The notes beneath the pieces are model-generated. The model saw only the letters and a program-made list of their open reading frames with translations, searched no databases and was not told the origin of the DNA. Positions 23,564 through 38,065 of a stretch of DNA of 64,000 nt are shown in pieces; position 1 is the first letter of the stretch; each line of letters opens with the position of its first letter. The position numbers and the translations under genes were made by a program. Origin of the DNA: Balanoglossus misakiensis (taxonomy: Eukaryota; Animalia; Hemichordata); NCBI GenBank assembly GCA_040954595.2, contig CM082578.2, positions 7,239,519-7,303,518 on the forward strand, given 5' to 3'.

Positions 23564-26500
23564 GAAAAACAGGGCTCTGGATTTTCAATTATAAGCAGTT
23601 GATGGGAAATTACGGCAGTGGTGTGATTGAATCAAGTCCACAGACGCAGCAGCAGATACCGCGGTCCTTTTGTGCCGGTCGTGTCTATTACAGCACCGCG
23701 TCGGTGTTTCTGATTGTCCGTATCACCCGAATTCTTCGTTCTAGAGTTTTATCTGAGTTAGAGTCCAACTGATTGCGACACAGGTACACACTTTCACTGC
23801 AAAAGGATTTAGAGGACACTGTTTAATTTTTGCATCAAAACTTGTAAACTAGCTCCTCCACACATACACATACAATATACTTGCATCATGAACTATGAAT
23901 ATCAAATTAAAGATTATGTTATAACCCTTTTCGACTTCCATGCAGAGACATACCTATCAATCATATACATTGAAACTGTTATGTCATTACGGACACCTCT
24001 CTAATTAGGACAAGGCAGATTTTTCAAGACTAAAATGATGTATGACTTGAATATAATGTTACCTTCATGTATTAAAGGCACTTTTCTGTTAAGGACTATT
24101 TTCTGTTCATGTACTGTAATCTCAACAAAATTGTCCGCATAAAACAGTTTTGAATTGAAAGAAATCTGCTTTGATGAGCACTTCTGTCTACTCTAAATGA
24201 CCCATCAATTGGCGATTTGCGTAGAAATCTCTCAAAGCACCATGTTCGACATTCAGCAAAACATCTGCACATTATATCGCTCCGCTCAGCATTTGTTATC
24301 TGTACACCAGTGTATTGTATTCCAATTAGCATGTTGTTGTGTGTGGTTAGTGTCTGTTAAATTCACATTATTTGATTGTACTGTCTGTTCTAAGGGCATG
24401 GGGTTGGCTCTATTATCAAAAGACCGGGCAATGATATCGGTTTAAAACTAACTAAGGTATCCACACTTTTTCCCATCTAGGTGGTCTAGCTGTGTTATGT
24501 GTTTGCTAAAAACCCACTCATGTCCTGCAGACATCCTCTTTCCATCTCTTTCAAACGAAGCAGGAGTTAAACAATTAGATCTGTGGCAACTGTAATATTG
24601 TGTTGCGACCCATTTATTAGGTATCAGGGATAAACATTTTGTGTTTGTTCTCCAAATCACAAACAACCGACACAGTCTTGCTTTCAGCTTGTCACATTTT
24701 TAGGAGTCGATTCTTCATGCAGTCACAAGAAAAATAGCTTCCAGGCTAAAACTTTAACTGTACCAAATAGATACAGTTTCTAGTTCTAGCTGGTATTCAT
24801 TCGGAAACTGGTCTTGTAATCATATGGCACAATAAAAACCTTCTCAATTCGAAACATACTTTTTGTTGTAAAAAATGTTTCTGTGCATTTTTTACTTAAT
24901 CGTAGTAACAACAAGGAATTTCCCGTTAATGTTCTGGTGTATATGTATGAAGCTGGTTATCATTCTGAGAAAATTGATACGCGTGTGTTAAATTCTGCTG
25001 ACTAGGATATAAATATTGACAGCCTCTAATACACTAAATACCGTACATGGCTTTACGGGTCAGACAGAGAGAGACATCATGTACTTGGATTGTTTGCTGT
25101 GTTATATACAGATGTAGTTTATTCAAAGTTGGACCTTTCTATGGTGGGGTTTTATATAGCATAAACATTCTTGTGCCAAAATTAACACTGATTGAAATTG
25201 TTATGAAAAAGATGAGATGACTGTCAGAGAGTTTTTAACTCGAGTGCAAATCACTTTGATTTAATTTCAATGGATTCTGGTTGTCTGACATCCAAGTCTG
25301 TGTTTGGAGCAAAACTTGACTAATGAGATGCGGGTGGAACTATGTTAGTGGCATGGCAACAACCAATCACATTTTGCAGAACAAAAAAAGTAATTCACAT
25401 ATTCACCTCGTACAATTCCCGTTTATCTTGAATTTGTCAATGTCTCACAAAATGCAGTGTTTTGGTATTCAAGACACATTGTGTAAGTCTACACCCCGTT
25501 TTGGTTCTAACAAGTGATACAAAATCTTGACATCAGAACAAGAATGATTCCAAATAAATTTGCGGTCTGCTAGTGCATGCAGCAACAGCTGTCTGATTTT
25601 GTGCAGTATACCATAAAAACGTAAACCGGTGTATGTCTGTCGAGCGCGTGCTTTTTACGACATCCAAAAAGTCGGGCTTCTCCTGAAGATGGATGAGGTA
25701 AACGTGGTGTAGTGCGATTCACTGCAGAAAGGTCTTGTCCAGGTACTCTGGCCGTCCACATATACCTGCGGGATATTTTCAAGGGCATACCCTCAATTGT
25801 AGAAATGTAGTCAGTCTGTCTGAGGAATCCGGTGGTTAATGGAGTTGTCTTCTTACGAACACACACTTTGAATCGCTAGAGGTGAAAAAACAGAGCTTAG
25901 GAGCCGCATTCGGGGGCTACTTTGTCAATCTCGGGCCTTCAGAAATCCTCCCGACAAATCTCCGACATGTACGCATCGCCCCGAGGGCCGTTGTAAATAT
26001 GAGACAAAGGAAAGGGGAGGGCAAGTCTTTACCAGATCTCGCAGGTCAAAACTCGGGGAGCAGAGGTCCCTGATTGGAAACATGTTAACGTGAGTTCCGG
26101 TGTCAGGGCTTGGTGTGGTTGCACAACAAAAACGCTGAAACGGAATCCTCATCCCGTAATAAGGATGGTTAAGAGCGTGGCAGACAGAGAGTCTCGCGGG
26201 CCGCGCATTCACGGGCCGAAGTCACACAGACTCTATTATTAATGTGTAACTCTGTATGAAATTCCAGAATTGATGGGAGCAAAATTGCAGTGTTTGCACT
26301 TAAAATGAAGAGGGTGGGGGGACTGTTGTTGTGAATTAAAAGAAAAGGCATTTGTGTTTTACGCGACGTTATCTCCGTGGTAAATGACGGACTGTATGCG
26401 AGATGGTATTGAACACACCCCTTAGACTGGATGATATTTAGCCATGTCGGAGTTTATAGAATACCGCATGTAAAGGCCTGAGGGAGGAGAAGCCAGGCTG

Positions 26501-28293
26501 AGCTTAGCAAAATGAAAGTGTTGTACAGGAGATTGCGTCTCCAGCAAGAATGCCTTTTCTGTGTCAAGGAGTTGGGGCTGAATCTTTAATGTGCTGAAAA
26601 GAGCAGAAGTTGCTCCCAACAGAATTCTGTTTATGTGCAGTAATGTTCGGCAATACACAGCTTTGCACTGAACAGCATTTTCCGATGAAAAAAAATAGCA
26701 AAAGCGGTTTATATGTTCTTTCTTGCAGATCTTTTGCGGGAATTTCACAGAAATGTATTTGAAATCAATCATTTCTCCGCCGTGAAAAGCAGTAAACTTT
26801 CAATCACTTGTGTCTATTTTTAGCCATTCTGTGTAAAAGTTAAAAAAAAATGCATTTGGAGCTTCAAGGATCCCCCCCGTGCCAAATGATTTGTGTAATT
26901 TCAGTGGTAAGACTTTCATTTTTCAGGTTGGCTGGTCGACGTCTGCGATATCGCTTTCCGCTTGATTGCTCCGATGCCTCCTTCAACCATGTAAAAAAAA
27001 TTCCTTCAAAGTGGTCTTGTCCTGGCTATAAACCAACAATTTTGACGAATGCATAATACAGTTGAATATTTCACATCTGATGTATTCCCCCCCCCCCCTC
27101 CGAGCAATTCATGCATGCACTCATCCTTCCTGTCTCTGCTTTCAGTCTTTGAATCACATCAACATGCTATGTTCTGTATTTTCCCGTTTTGCAATCTGAG
27201 CGTAGGTTTGATTGAATTGTGTGTGCCTTTTTTACCTGTTAGCTGTGAAACGGTTTCTTGTGTGGGTTGACTTGTTTTTCTTTCTTTCACTGAGTTGATA
27301 AACTGATTTTCTGTGATTGTATTTTTGGTGACAGGTGTACTGAAGTGCAGTTTTCATTTGGTAAAATGGACGTTTTCTGAGTGGCTCTCATGCACTTTTG
27401 TAGCAACATTTATTGTGACAAAAATGAACATTATCTTATACAATATTAGAAAATACATTTCATCAGCTGTGAATCACATGTTTTCGCGATGCTGTTTAAG
27501 TTTAGAATGACAGCAGCAGAATGATCGCGTTTAATGAAATAGTGTTCGTCATTGGAATCGATAGAGTGTCACTCATGTCAAGCGATGGACATTTAGAACG
27601 ACAGGGGGTTATGTTCGAGATCTGGACAGGTAATGTTTTCTGCGTGTGAATTATATTCAGTCTTCAGTGGGCATTGCTGTACCGTGCTGCCCTGACAGAA
27701 AATCATTCGGAATGAACAAGATCATTGAACTGCCTTGTCTGGCAGAGATCTGTACAGCAAAGTAGTATAACAACGATCTTCTGCCAATGGATTCTTGCAT
27801 GCGTGGCTGTCGCAACCAATCAGCAGGCAGGAATAACGGCCAGCTGAACTCTGCCACTCTAAGGTTACCTGAATTGGAAAGCGCAGCATTTTCTGACACG
27901 GTTATCGCTTTATAAGAAGTTGTCTCGTGCGGTGTGTGTGCATCGCTGTCGTGGAATGTCTTATAAATATCTACGTGAGATATAATGTTACGTGTATTTT
28001 GCAGAATATGAGGCCGCAAAAGTTAAGATATTGTGGTGCGCATGTAGTGAGTGTGAAGCGATACGCAATCTGTTCAGGTTTAGCGGTATATAGCCAAGTC
28101 TGTGCTTCATCAAGGCAATCGAGGTTGTCACCTCTTGCACGTCATAACACTGACAGTTTCTGAAGCCAAGTCAGGGCTAAGGGTCGCAGATAGGAAAAAT
28201 CTATTTGGGTTGGTCTGCCCACTGAAGCGGGAAACAGAACAAAATGACTATAAAAATCAAATTTATTGAGAAGTGTGCACAGAGCAAGCAAGG

Positions 28294-28317
28294 GAGAGAG
28301 AGAGAGAGAGACTGAAA

Positions 28318-28362
<45 letters not shown>

Positions 28363-28391
28363 TATAGAGACAGCGAGAAAGAGAGAGAGAG
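28294..28391. repeat. Interrupted (AG)n microsatellite
   Basis: GA runs with AC/AT interruptions. Confidence 0.9.
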
Positions 28392-29402
28392 TTTTTAAGA
28401 AAACATTATTGATGGAATTCAGCTCATTTCTTACTTTGATGCCAACGGCCTTCTCTCTGTTACTCTGTTGTGTATCAAATGCATGATGGGAATAGATTAA
28501 TACCTGAGTAGGTCTAAGGTACTACTTTCACGTGTAATTGCCTCCATCACATGACAGTAATCACTGATAAATATGATTAAGATGTATGCTTTTTGCCGTG
28601 CCCCCCAATTCTTGACATGTGATATTAAGCATGCAAAGTAAAGTACAGTTTTCTAAATGCAGCCCCGAGAGGTCTGGGTTTTTTTGTGTGATGTCAAGAA
28701 ATGAAAAGATTGAAGATTTTATTTTTAGAAATGGGATATTTTGTGTTGAGCTTTTGAATGCAGTGGAGGTATACGGTTTAAAGAAGGATTTTTTCTTTTT
28801 AATAGATTTCTCGTTTTAGTTATGAGGCACATTTGAAACAGAATTACTGTTGTCATGGCAACGGTCAATAGTAGAATTCCAGTATTTTTCAGGAATTAAT
28901 CCTGTTGTTTCCATGGTTACATGTACATTGGTGTGTGTTACAGTAATTCACTGAATGACTTTCCAATCCTGTTGGATGGTGTGAGTTTATCAAAATTGCA
29001 AGCTGAATGATTCAGATGATGTTGATACAGACAGCAGTGGAATGCTTGCATGGGTATAGTACTGCTAACAGCATTCGCAAATCAACAAATCAATACTTGA
29101 GATTTCCTTACTGCGTCTAATCACATGTGTTTAACATTTATTTGACACATTTTTATGCAAAGAGATTTCTTTCTGTATGAGTCATGGCAGTGTTGGTATG
29201 AATCTTGCCTTATTTGTACTTTTGGTAAAATTGGTTAATTAACTCATTTTAAAAATCAGACAACCTGGATTTTGTGGGTTTACGGTAGAAATGGAGAGAC
29301 ATTATAAAGAACACATTTGTACCGTGGAAATGAAACGTCCACGTCAAAGAATGACAGAGGGGAGAAGCAATTTCTAGTCGTGATGTATTATGAATGTAAT
29401 AC

Positions 29403-30207
29403 TTATATATAATTCCCCCGTATTTCGAACGAGTGTGCCTGCGTCGCGGACGAGTGATTCCCCGTATAGCGGCCGTATCCCTCCGAGCCGCAGGCGAGGA
29501 GGGATACAGCTATACGGGGAATCACGAGTTCGCGACGCAGGTACACGAGTGAGGAATACGGGGGAATTATATGTTTATCACATACATAGATCCGCTAATT
29601 TTGATTTTCAAATAAATCTCTTTGTGGTTGCGATAAAATTTGGAACTATTTTGTGCAAAATTGAAGATCGATGTTATGCGGTCTATCTGTCAGGTGACTC
29701 AGGTCACGACCTGGACGATTCTGGTTTTGGCGAGGACCCGTCTGTCGTGCTGGATTTCATCGTCCGTCAAGGTTTCACTGGAGCAGGAAACCTTTCTTGT
29801 GCCTTTTGCTAGACCGTTTTGCTCTAATCGTCGCATCAAAATTTTTGCGAATACTCAGTTTTGTACCTGTCGCTCGTTCCACAACGCGACGACTTTGGCT
29901 CAGCACTGACGACCTCGCGACAGTTTTGGTGCAGGTTGGTGCGATAAAAATGTACACAGGTAAAACTAATCGTCGATCGTCCATATTTACACATACGAAA
30001 CATTTTATTTATCTTTGCTTATTTTTTATTATCGAAATAAAACCAACAATTGCACTGAATTTTGTCGCCCTAAGAGGACTTTGTTTACAAGTTTAAAATA
30101 GTTCCGTTTGGTGACGTCAGAGGGATGGGTATTACAATAACGCTTGGTGCAAATTTACCTACGTCTGACGTCATACTATGGTATATGCGGAGCTATGTAT
30201 GTGATAA
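29403..30207 (-). mobile_element. Non-autonomous interspersed element, copy 2 (inverted relative to copy 1)
   Basis: Reverse complement of 21843-22648 with a few substitutions and small indels; hairpin at 29407-29572. Confidence 0.88.
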
Positions 30208-33200
30208 TCCTGAAAAACTATCGTATGCACATCCTCTCAAATGGTCTGATCAAATCGGTCTTCGGCAAAATTGCTTGTGTATCAGGTGATCAAGTTTGAA
30301 AGAGGAAATGCAGAAAGACAAATTGTGATATTTGAAATACGAGCTATTAAAAATATCAAATTTAAGACCCTCGGAGCATTTTGGAGTACCCTGGCGTAGA
30401 TAGTACAACTGCAGTACGATGTATCATATTGCAGAGTTTGATTTTTACTGTAAAAGTCGCGTATGATTTTTTTTTTCAATGTAGAGAGATAAGCGAAAGT
30501 CTAGAACAATATTTTAGACATCAGTTTGATCTTTAATCTTCTGTAGTGAATTTTACCTGACGTTTCAGGTAAGCAGTGCGGTGGACCGTACCCGCCCAGT
30601 TTTTCCAAACAAGACAAGACACCGAGCCTCGCTGTTTTTCCCACCCTTTGCCAAATGATTTCTATATAGCTTCATGCCGTCCAGGGCCCAAGCTTGACAC
30701 CGTGAAAGTTGCAAATCGACTTGAGATAATAATGTGACTGTGCATCTAGAGACTTGTGGAATTTGACTCGGCTCCTGACGAGAAAACGAGAACCTGTAAA
30801 TCTGTCTTTTGGGGCTTTGTGAATTCCCCGAGAATGTTCAATCCTACATAAACAGAAGATTGCTTTCAATATTCCCAGATGATTGCGAAGTTATTTTTTT
30901 TTTCACTTCAGATTTTTGACTTCCGTGTATTCTGCTCAGTGACTCATCTTCCTGAGCATCTTTGAATTCCAAGATTTGAATTGGTAAAAATTGAAATTAA
31001 GATATGCAATGAGTAGAGACCCCCCCCCCCCTTTTTGATTCTGGTCTGTGTGTTTTCCGCACACAAGAGCTTGTTTTGTGATGCGTATAGTATGGTTGGA
31101 AGAAATTGACTGGAAAATCCTGGAATCGTACAGGAGTCCACCAACATGAGAGCAGCAAAGATCTCTTATCCTCACTCTCCACGAAATCTTTTATTGGACT
31201 TGACAGGAAGAAGGGATTCCATTATATCTGTAAAATCAATTTTGAAAAATTTCCCACAACAGGAAAATTTAGTGGTGGAAGTATTTATGTCTGATGTGTG
31301 TGTATGAACCCTTTCAAGATCATTGTGGTGCATTTTGTATTTAATGTGCACCATCATCTCTGCTTTCTTGATAATTACCGGCTCAGTTGGACGACAAAAC
31401 TCTCATCCTCTCTCAAAATGGAGTACCGGTACCTTTGAAAGCCATCCACAGATTTTAATACTTCAAAATAAAAATCTTAATGACAGGAAATTTTCAGAAT
31501 TTGAAAGCATACAAATGACAACTTTGATTCTTGATTGCACACGGTCGTTAGCAACGCAGGATGAATCATGGTTTGATAATTTTTATGTGACAGGAAGGAG
31601 AACAAAAAATGAAGAGAAATTTTCAGGATCTCGAATTTTATGAGTGGAGATAATTCCAACCCTATACCCAAATTTCTATAAGGGAAGATGGAATTTTAAG
31701 AAAACACATTTACCTGTATAATAAACTCTAAATTGTAAAAATCCTCACATAATCAGATCAATTTTAAACCAATAAGAAACTGGCAGTTTTTAAACAGGAT
31801 GACTCAAGGGCTGACAGTTGGATGTAAGGAAAGAGCAAACAATCTAAGTTTGTATTTCTGTGAAAATGATTGAAAAATGTGATTGTCATAGCTTATGGAG
31901 GATCATGATGACTTCATTATTTTATATATCTCCTAGATTTACTAAGCTTCATTGATGTTTGTGAAGACTGCAAAATAGATGTGTATTTACATGTAATTGT
32001 AAATTATTTCATTTGTGCATGGTATTGATAATGTAATGTTGTGTAGAATGCAAGAGATTATTAATATTGATGGAATTGTTAGAAAGTTGCAAGGTTACCT
32101 TATTTTTTTCTGAATTAATAATTTTCTGAATTCTGTGTTCAAGGTGTCGCTGAGTATTACTCAGTATACTATTCAAGAATTTTGGTTTGTATAAGTTGGC
32201 CCTGTCTCTAAGTTCAATGTCTAGTTCAATGTACACATCCGAAGGTTTCACTTACAGTCAGAGGATCACAGCCATTGAAGAGATAAAAGAGCCATTTAAA
32301 GCCTCGTTCGTTATTTCAGAACAGTTAGCGGCCGCATCTTGACTTCCCTGTAGAGTGATGTTACTTCGTTGATCTCCTCATATTTGCGAGTTTGCAGTCA
32401 TTGCCATGGTAACAACAGAGGGCCGTTGTGGCGTAAAGTGATGCCTTGATATTCTCCCAGCTTTCTCTCCTTGCTTCCCTCCTCTCTCCCACTGTCTGTC
32501 TGTCTGTCTCCTGTTGAAAATTCTGGTACCTATATAATATAGGGACTACCCCAGGTTTAATCGTAGATGTGGTTTCACAACTTGTAAAAGCCGTTCCCTT
32601 TTTTATCCGGTACGAAAGTCGGGAAATCCAAGTTGTCGGAATGGTAGAGTAAACATCATCATCACTTTAGGGACAGTATTTTTATCCCAGCATGGGTCGG
32701 TCATAACTAAAGTTTCAGTGGGACTCAAAGAACACAAAGGGACGTGTGTCGGCCCCTTTCATCTGGCGCTCGCCCTTCTTAGGAAGCGATATGAGAGATC
32801 AGATATTTCTGTTCATGTGTCAGCCTAGCTCGGGGTCAGAAATATTTTGATATTTTCTTTCGAAGCATTCCAAAATAGCTGTTAGGGGAGACGGTGAGTT
32901 CTTAATGAACGGGCAGCTGTAACAGATAAGGACCCAGCAGTATGTCCGACTGGTAATAACTTTCTTTTTCATCAGAACCATTTGTGCCGAACACCCATCC
33001 CTTTGGTGGAAAGGTGTTTTTTTTTTACCTGATTAGCATACATCGGTCAGCGTCTCATTATTAAGCGATGTTTTTTTAAAAGCTGTATGATGACGAGATT
33101 TGTGGTAGATTTGGATGGTATGGTTCAAGCAATTGTGGTGGGAAAGTCGGGTATTTAATTTTGTGTCCGTGGCAACGCATCACCAAAGGGGATGAAAATA

Positions 33201-35443
33201 ATTGAGTTTAAAAAATGAACACAGGAAAGCTTACGTGGGATTTAGCGTGATGAAAGAGTATTGTTTGGGATGACTTTGTGATTGAATGCCATCGAGTTCA
33301 GATAGAGATTCGACGGGGGCCGCGTGTCGGTCGATGGACCTTCCTCGCTGTGCCTCGATCGCTACGTGCAGAGGTCTCTGACAGCTCATCAGCATTTAAA
33401 TTAAACTGCTTCAATTATAGAAAACTGGCCTTTTCTTTCTATCAGGAAACCGGGGAATCATCCCCTTTTTTCTCTCTCTCCAGATTCCGAAGCTATGTAA
33501 AATGCAGATTTAATCATCATTCGGGAAGGTAGTTCTGTCAGTCCGTGTAACTGTCGTTTCCTCTCCCCCAAGGGGAGAAAATAATTTTGGTGCCGGATTT
33601 TTTTTTAGTTTGCTTTCCTGTTCTGCATGTATAAGGTATCATCTTTTTTTTCTTTTTTGCAAATATCGTGTTAAATGGAAAAATCCCCCGTCAGGAGTTC
33701 TGACAAAATGCAACGAAGCCGATACTGAAAATATTTAAACCACGCTATGAATTCGCCATCAGTTCTTGAAACCCGCAAAGTAGCCTTGTTGGGGAATTCG
33801 TGATGAGGAATGATTTTCTTCTTCATTTTTACTGAGAATTAGAGAGAGAAGAGCGGAAATACAAAGATAGAAATTTTTTTCCCCGTCCAATTTCCATTTA
33901 TGGATTGCGCTGGTTTGAGTGCGTCGGCGGGTAATGTGTTAATCTCTGTAGTCAGAGCGTGGTTCTGTTCACTCAGCCATGCCTTCATGGATGGGCTGGC
34001 TTTGGCCGGTAAAAGATGTCAAAGAGTTGGCTTAGCACTGCACTGCATTACACTACAGCATGTTGCAGTGTAAGTTTTTGAAACAATTGTTGAAATGGTT
34101 GCAGTGTTGCTAATTTTTTTATAGGAATTAACATGTTTAGCAACCAGTAGTTTGTCTGCAAAACTGTCCAAATTGCGTTCTATGGTGCTTTATCGCACAT
34201 GTATGAAAATTTGCATGAAAGGTTGTTCATTGTGTCATATCAATGCCGTCTAATATACAACATTTTTATAAGCTATTCAGATGAAAAAGAATTCAGTTTG
34301 GGAGAGTATACGCTTTGACGAGTAATTGCATGATCGCGTCGCCGGCGCTCGGTTCCGAGAAAGACACGCAGAAAAAAAAAACACGAAGTTAATTGAGAAC
34401 AAATCTGTTACAGGCACTAGTGGCAGTGATCAAAATACAGCGTGAACACAACTCAATCTTCTCACCGCAAGTTGAACCGGGCCACGTCTCTTCAATAATT
34501 TGACTTAGATTGTCGGCAACATCAATGGAGCACCGCAACGTCAATGGTCTAAATAAAATTGATTTCGCAAACATCATTTTTTCCCCCTCACCAATCTGGT
34601 TATAGGCGGGAATAAATGCTGTAGTCTGTGTCCTCAGTTGCTTGCCGGCACAATTTTAGATGCATCTGAACATTTCTGAAATGAAAAAAAAAACGGAGGA
34701 AAGGGGTCAATACGTAAAGCAGACGAAAGGCGTTTTATTCGGGTACTAGGACATGAAGATTCTAATTTTGAAATTGAAAAGAGGATTTTAAACACTCTGC
34801 GAAGCTCCTCTTGCCCGTAGATGTGTCCGCCTCGGGAGTGGAGTTGTATAAGATGGTGTGTCACAGTTAATTATTCTCAATTATTTACTCCTTTTCTTGG
34901 TTTGCATTTTCCGTCTCTGAGTGTATTTTATTGACTTTTGGGGATTAGCCGGGCAGAATTCATGAATCCGTAGAAGCTATTTGGTTTTCTGTCCGTCACC
35001 GGGCTTTGTACAAGTTTAGACAACTGCTTTTCTTAACACAGCTCAGCCGCGTCATTAATGGATAGTCGCCTCCCCCGAGAACGCCTGTCTTCTTATTTTT
35101 TTCCCTTTGCCAGAGAGACAATTATCGGAGCTAACTGCTGTAGTTTCCTCAGATTAAACTAGAATATACACAGCATATGTCAACAAAGACGGGAGACCCA
35201 GGGTCTCGCAGGATGCTCGGGATTTGCGTCTGTCAAACTTCGTGGGTTTTTCTTCGTAGATTGAACACAAAATCTGACTTAGAATAGTGGCTGCAAGCAC
35301 AGTAAAATCAAAAATGTTAAGTTAACACAAACAATATGAGATTATTGCACAGTGCATTCAGCTTCATCAGATATATGATTATATACACGAAAATATTACT
35401 CTCTCGCATTCACCGATTTGCCTTGTTTGACACGTTAGATGCA

Positions 35444-35457
35444 GTTGCCATGGTAAC
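35444..35457. promoter_or_regulatory. RFX X-box consensus match GTTGCCATGGTAAC
   Basis: Matches GTNRCCATGGYAAC. This is a motif match only; function is untested. Confidence 0.4.
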
Positions 35458-36835
35458 AGATATGTTTGAGAGAAGTATGCAGAGAAAAAAAAATTGAAAA
35501 GGGTGATGTAGACCATATAAGCTGTTTAACATCAGTTTCTGTCCATTGTTGCGTGTTAGTAACTGGATGGCATGGTATGGTATAGTCAATTAATTCTGGG
35601 CTACATATAGCAACAAGGAAATTGTTACTAGTTACTCATAGTATCTTGAATGTAACAACTCAGGAGAAGGGGATGTGGTAGACTAGATTCTGCATAGCGT
35701 ACGTGTGTATATGTGTGTGTGTATTAAATTATCTCAGCTTAAACTGGTTGGGTAGATGCTCAACTGATTTGAAATTAAGAAATTATGCAGTCCTACAGTA
35801 TCTGGGAAGGTAGATGCTGATATTTCATATGAACCTCAGAAATACCCTGTTAATTTCCCTGTGAGGTACTTGACTACACCAGAGTATCGGTTTAGAAAAT
35901 CAGAAAGCGCAGCGTATGAGAATACCTAAGCAAACCGGCTGTCATAATTGATGCAGTCACTATGAACACAGACAGATAGGAATATTGTGTGATCTTTACT
36001 TCAGTGGAAATATTGACCTCCCAGGTGAAACGCAATGTGGATTCGTGTTGATCTGTATATATTGCTTTAGATGCTGTTTTTTTCTTCATCTGATTTTATA
36101 ACACCAGGTTTGCAAAAAAAAGAAAAATCATTACGGCTTAATGATCTGACCGGTGTCGTATTTTGGACGGTCATTAAAGGTAAACTCATTCCACTAAAAA
36201 TCTTCGGGATTGTTCGCCGAGTACTTGTTAGGCGAGCCAAGATTTGTTACTTTCAGCCGTAATTGGACAGGGATTGTTGGGCGAGAACTGAAAATGATAA
36301 ATTTCTATAAAAGCAGGCTGTATTTTGTTGCTACTTTATATTGGAGCTGCATTCACAGAAAAAAAAGTAACATGTTCCACGCAGTTTTGTGTGATGCACG
36401 TTCTCGTGGGATGAGGATCTCCTTGTGATGTTTTCCCTTTCTGAATTTTCTTCCCCCTAACAACTATCTTCTTTTTTTTTTCATTTCTGAATACCTGAAC
36501 TATTTTTGCCAAGTGCTGCTTTGAACTGAGTCAAACGGGTCTTTCACGCACCTTTCTTCATTTGCTGCATAATTCCAATAATCAAGACAGCAGTCTTCAA
36601 AAAATAGTCATTTTTTTCTCAATCGATGCTAACAGACCGTGATATTAAGCAGACATCTCAGATGTTGGAAAGGGGGGGGGGGGGAGAGAAAATCGATATT
36701 AGACGGATAAAACTGAAGTCAGCCAGGATCAGGATAAAAAATGTCGGAATGATTGAAATATTTGCATATGAAAAGAACTCAATACAGACCTAAATGGAGA
36801 CTCTCAAGATTGCTGATAATTCAAGGTCTGCTTCA

Positions 36836-36848
36836 GGGTCAGAGGTCA
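36836..36848 (+). promoter_or_regulatory. Nuclear-receptor DR1 match GGGTCA-G-AGGTCA
   Basis: Two RGGTCA half-sites spaced by 1 nt. Motif match only. Confidence 0.3.
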
Positions 36849-38037
36849 CGCGACCAAGTTTCTGAGGGGTGGGAGTAATTTTGTCGTCGTGTTGACGCAT
36901 TCTTCCAGAGTGAAATATTCGCGTGTTGAAGACTTCCATATATCATTGTATAGAGCGCAGCTTAAAAATTTGATAGTATTTGGAAAACAGTCGGCTGGCG
37001 TAGTATAAACAGGCTATTTTAAAATGAACATTTTAGGATTTCTGTTAGTATATATATACAAATACCACTTGAGAGAGAGCGAGAGAGTGAGAGAGAAATC
37101 CTGCATCTCTTCAAGATGTTTGCAGAGAGTGTGTATATACCCAGTCAATTGTATTCAAGCAATTATTTTGGCAGCACGCATACAAATGTGGGGTTTTACC
37201 CCTTTCACATTCAGAGTCCCCACACTGCCCGAGGGCGGATATGCAAAGTATGGTTTTCTTTTTGTGAGATCTGTTGTCACCACACACCTTGACTCACCGC
37301 TATCGTTTTTCCCGCACGATTGTTGCTACACAGCCTCATCAGAACTGGGAAAAATGGAGGGAAAAATATAACGCTTGAAGATTTCAATCATAATTGTGAG
37401 ATAAGTTCTCGGACGATGCTATCTTCATTTCCCCATATTATAAAACGCGCTCCGCTTTTTCATGGTCAGTATATATATATATACACAGTCTGATGGAAAT
37501 CTCCGCTGGTTGGAAATTGTCAGATATACGATAGGCCAACTTTGGTTGCAGTATTTTAGTCGTGATCTATTAACTGTGTAAATTACCTTACAGGATCGAG
37601 AGTGTATTTCTTTAGGCAGTAGAGGAAAAATCTACAAGTCATTTAATAGTCAAGTACTGCGCACACACTGAGCAAATGATAATCATCCAATTCTGTTAAA
37701 CATTTGCGGCGAGAATTTTTTTTTGGTCGCAGCGAAGTGTTCACGTTAGGGCTTTTTTTACATGTGAAAAGGTGTGAAATGTGATGCTGGTCGTAGCTGC
37801 GTGCGTGTAAAGTGAGCATTTATCAAGCTCGGTTTGTGTGGAGACACGTTGTAGGGGTGTTGAGGGTTTAAACGGAAAGTGGGTGAGAACTATTGGCGTG
37901 CGTGTGACTCGGTATGCTGAAGGCCCCAGTGGTGAAATACAGGAGCCACATCTATTTAACCCGAGAGTTTAAATGACAATTATACTACAATGTAACACAA
38001 CATTGCATTGAAACTCAATCCCAACTGCTCATTAATA

Positions 38038-38065
38038 TCTCTCTCTCTCTCTCTGTCTCTCTCTC
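38038..38065. repeat. (CT)n microsatellite
   Basis: Short TC run with one interruption. Confidence 0.85.

Noticed and set aside
23965-24118. Fragment resembling a pogo-type MITE end (GGACACCTCTC)
   Set aside because: I could not identify a matching second TIR.
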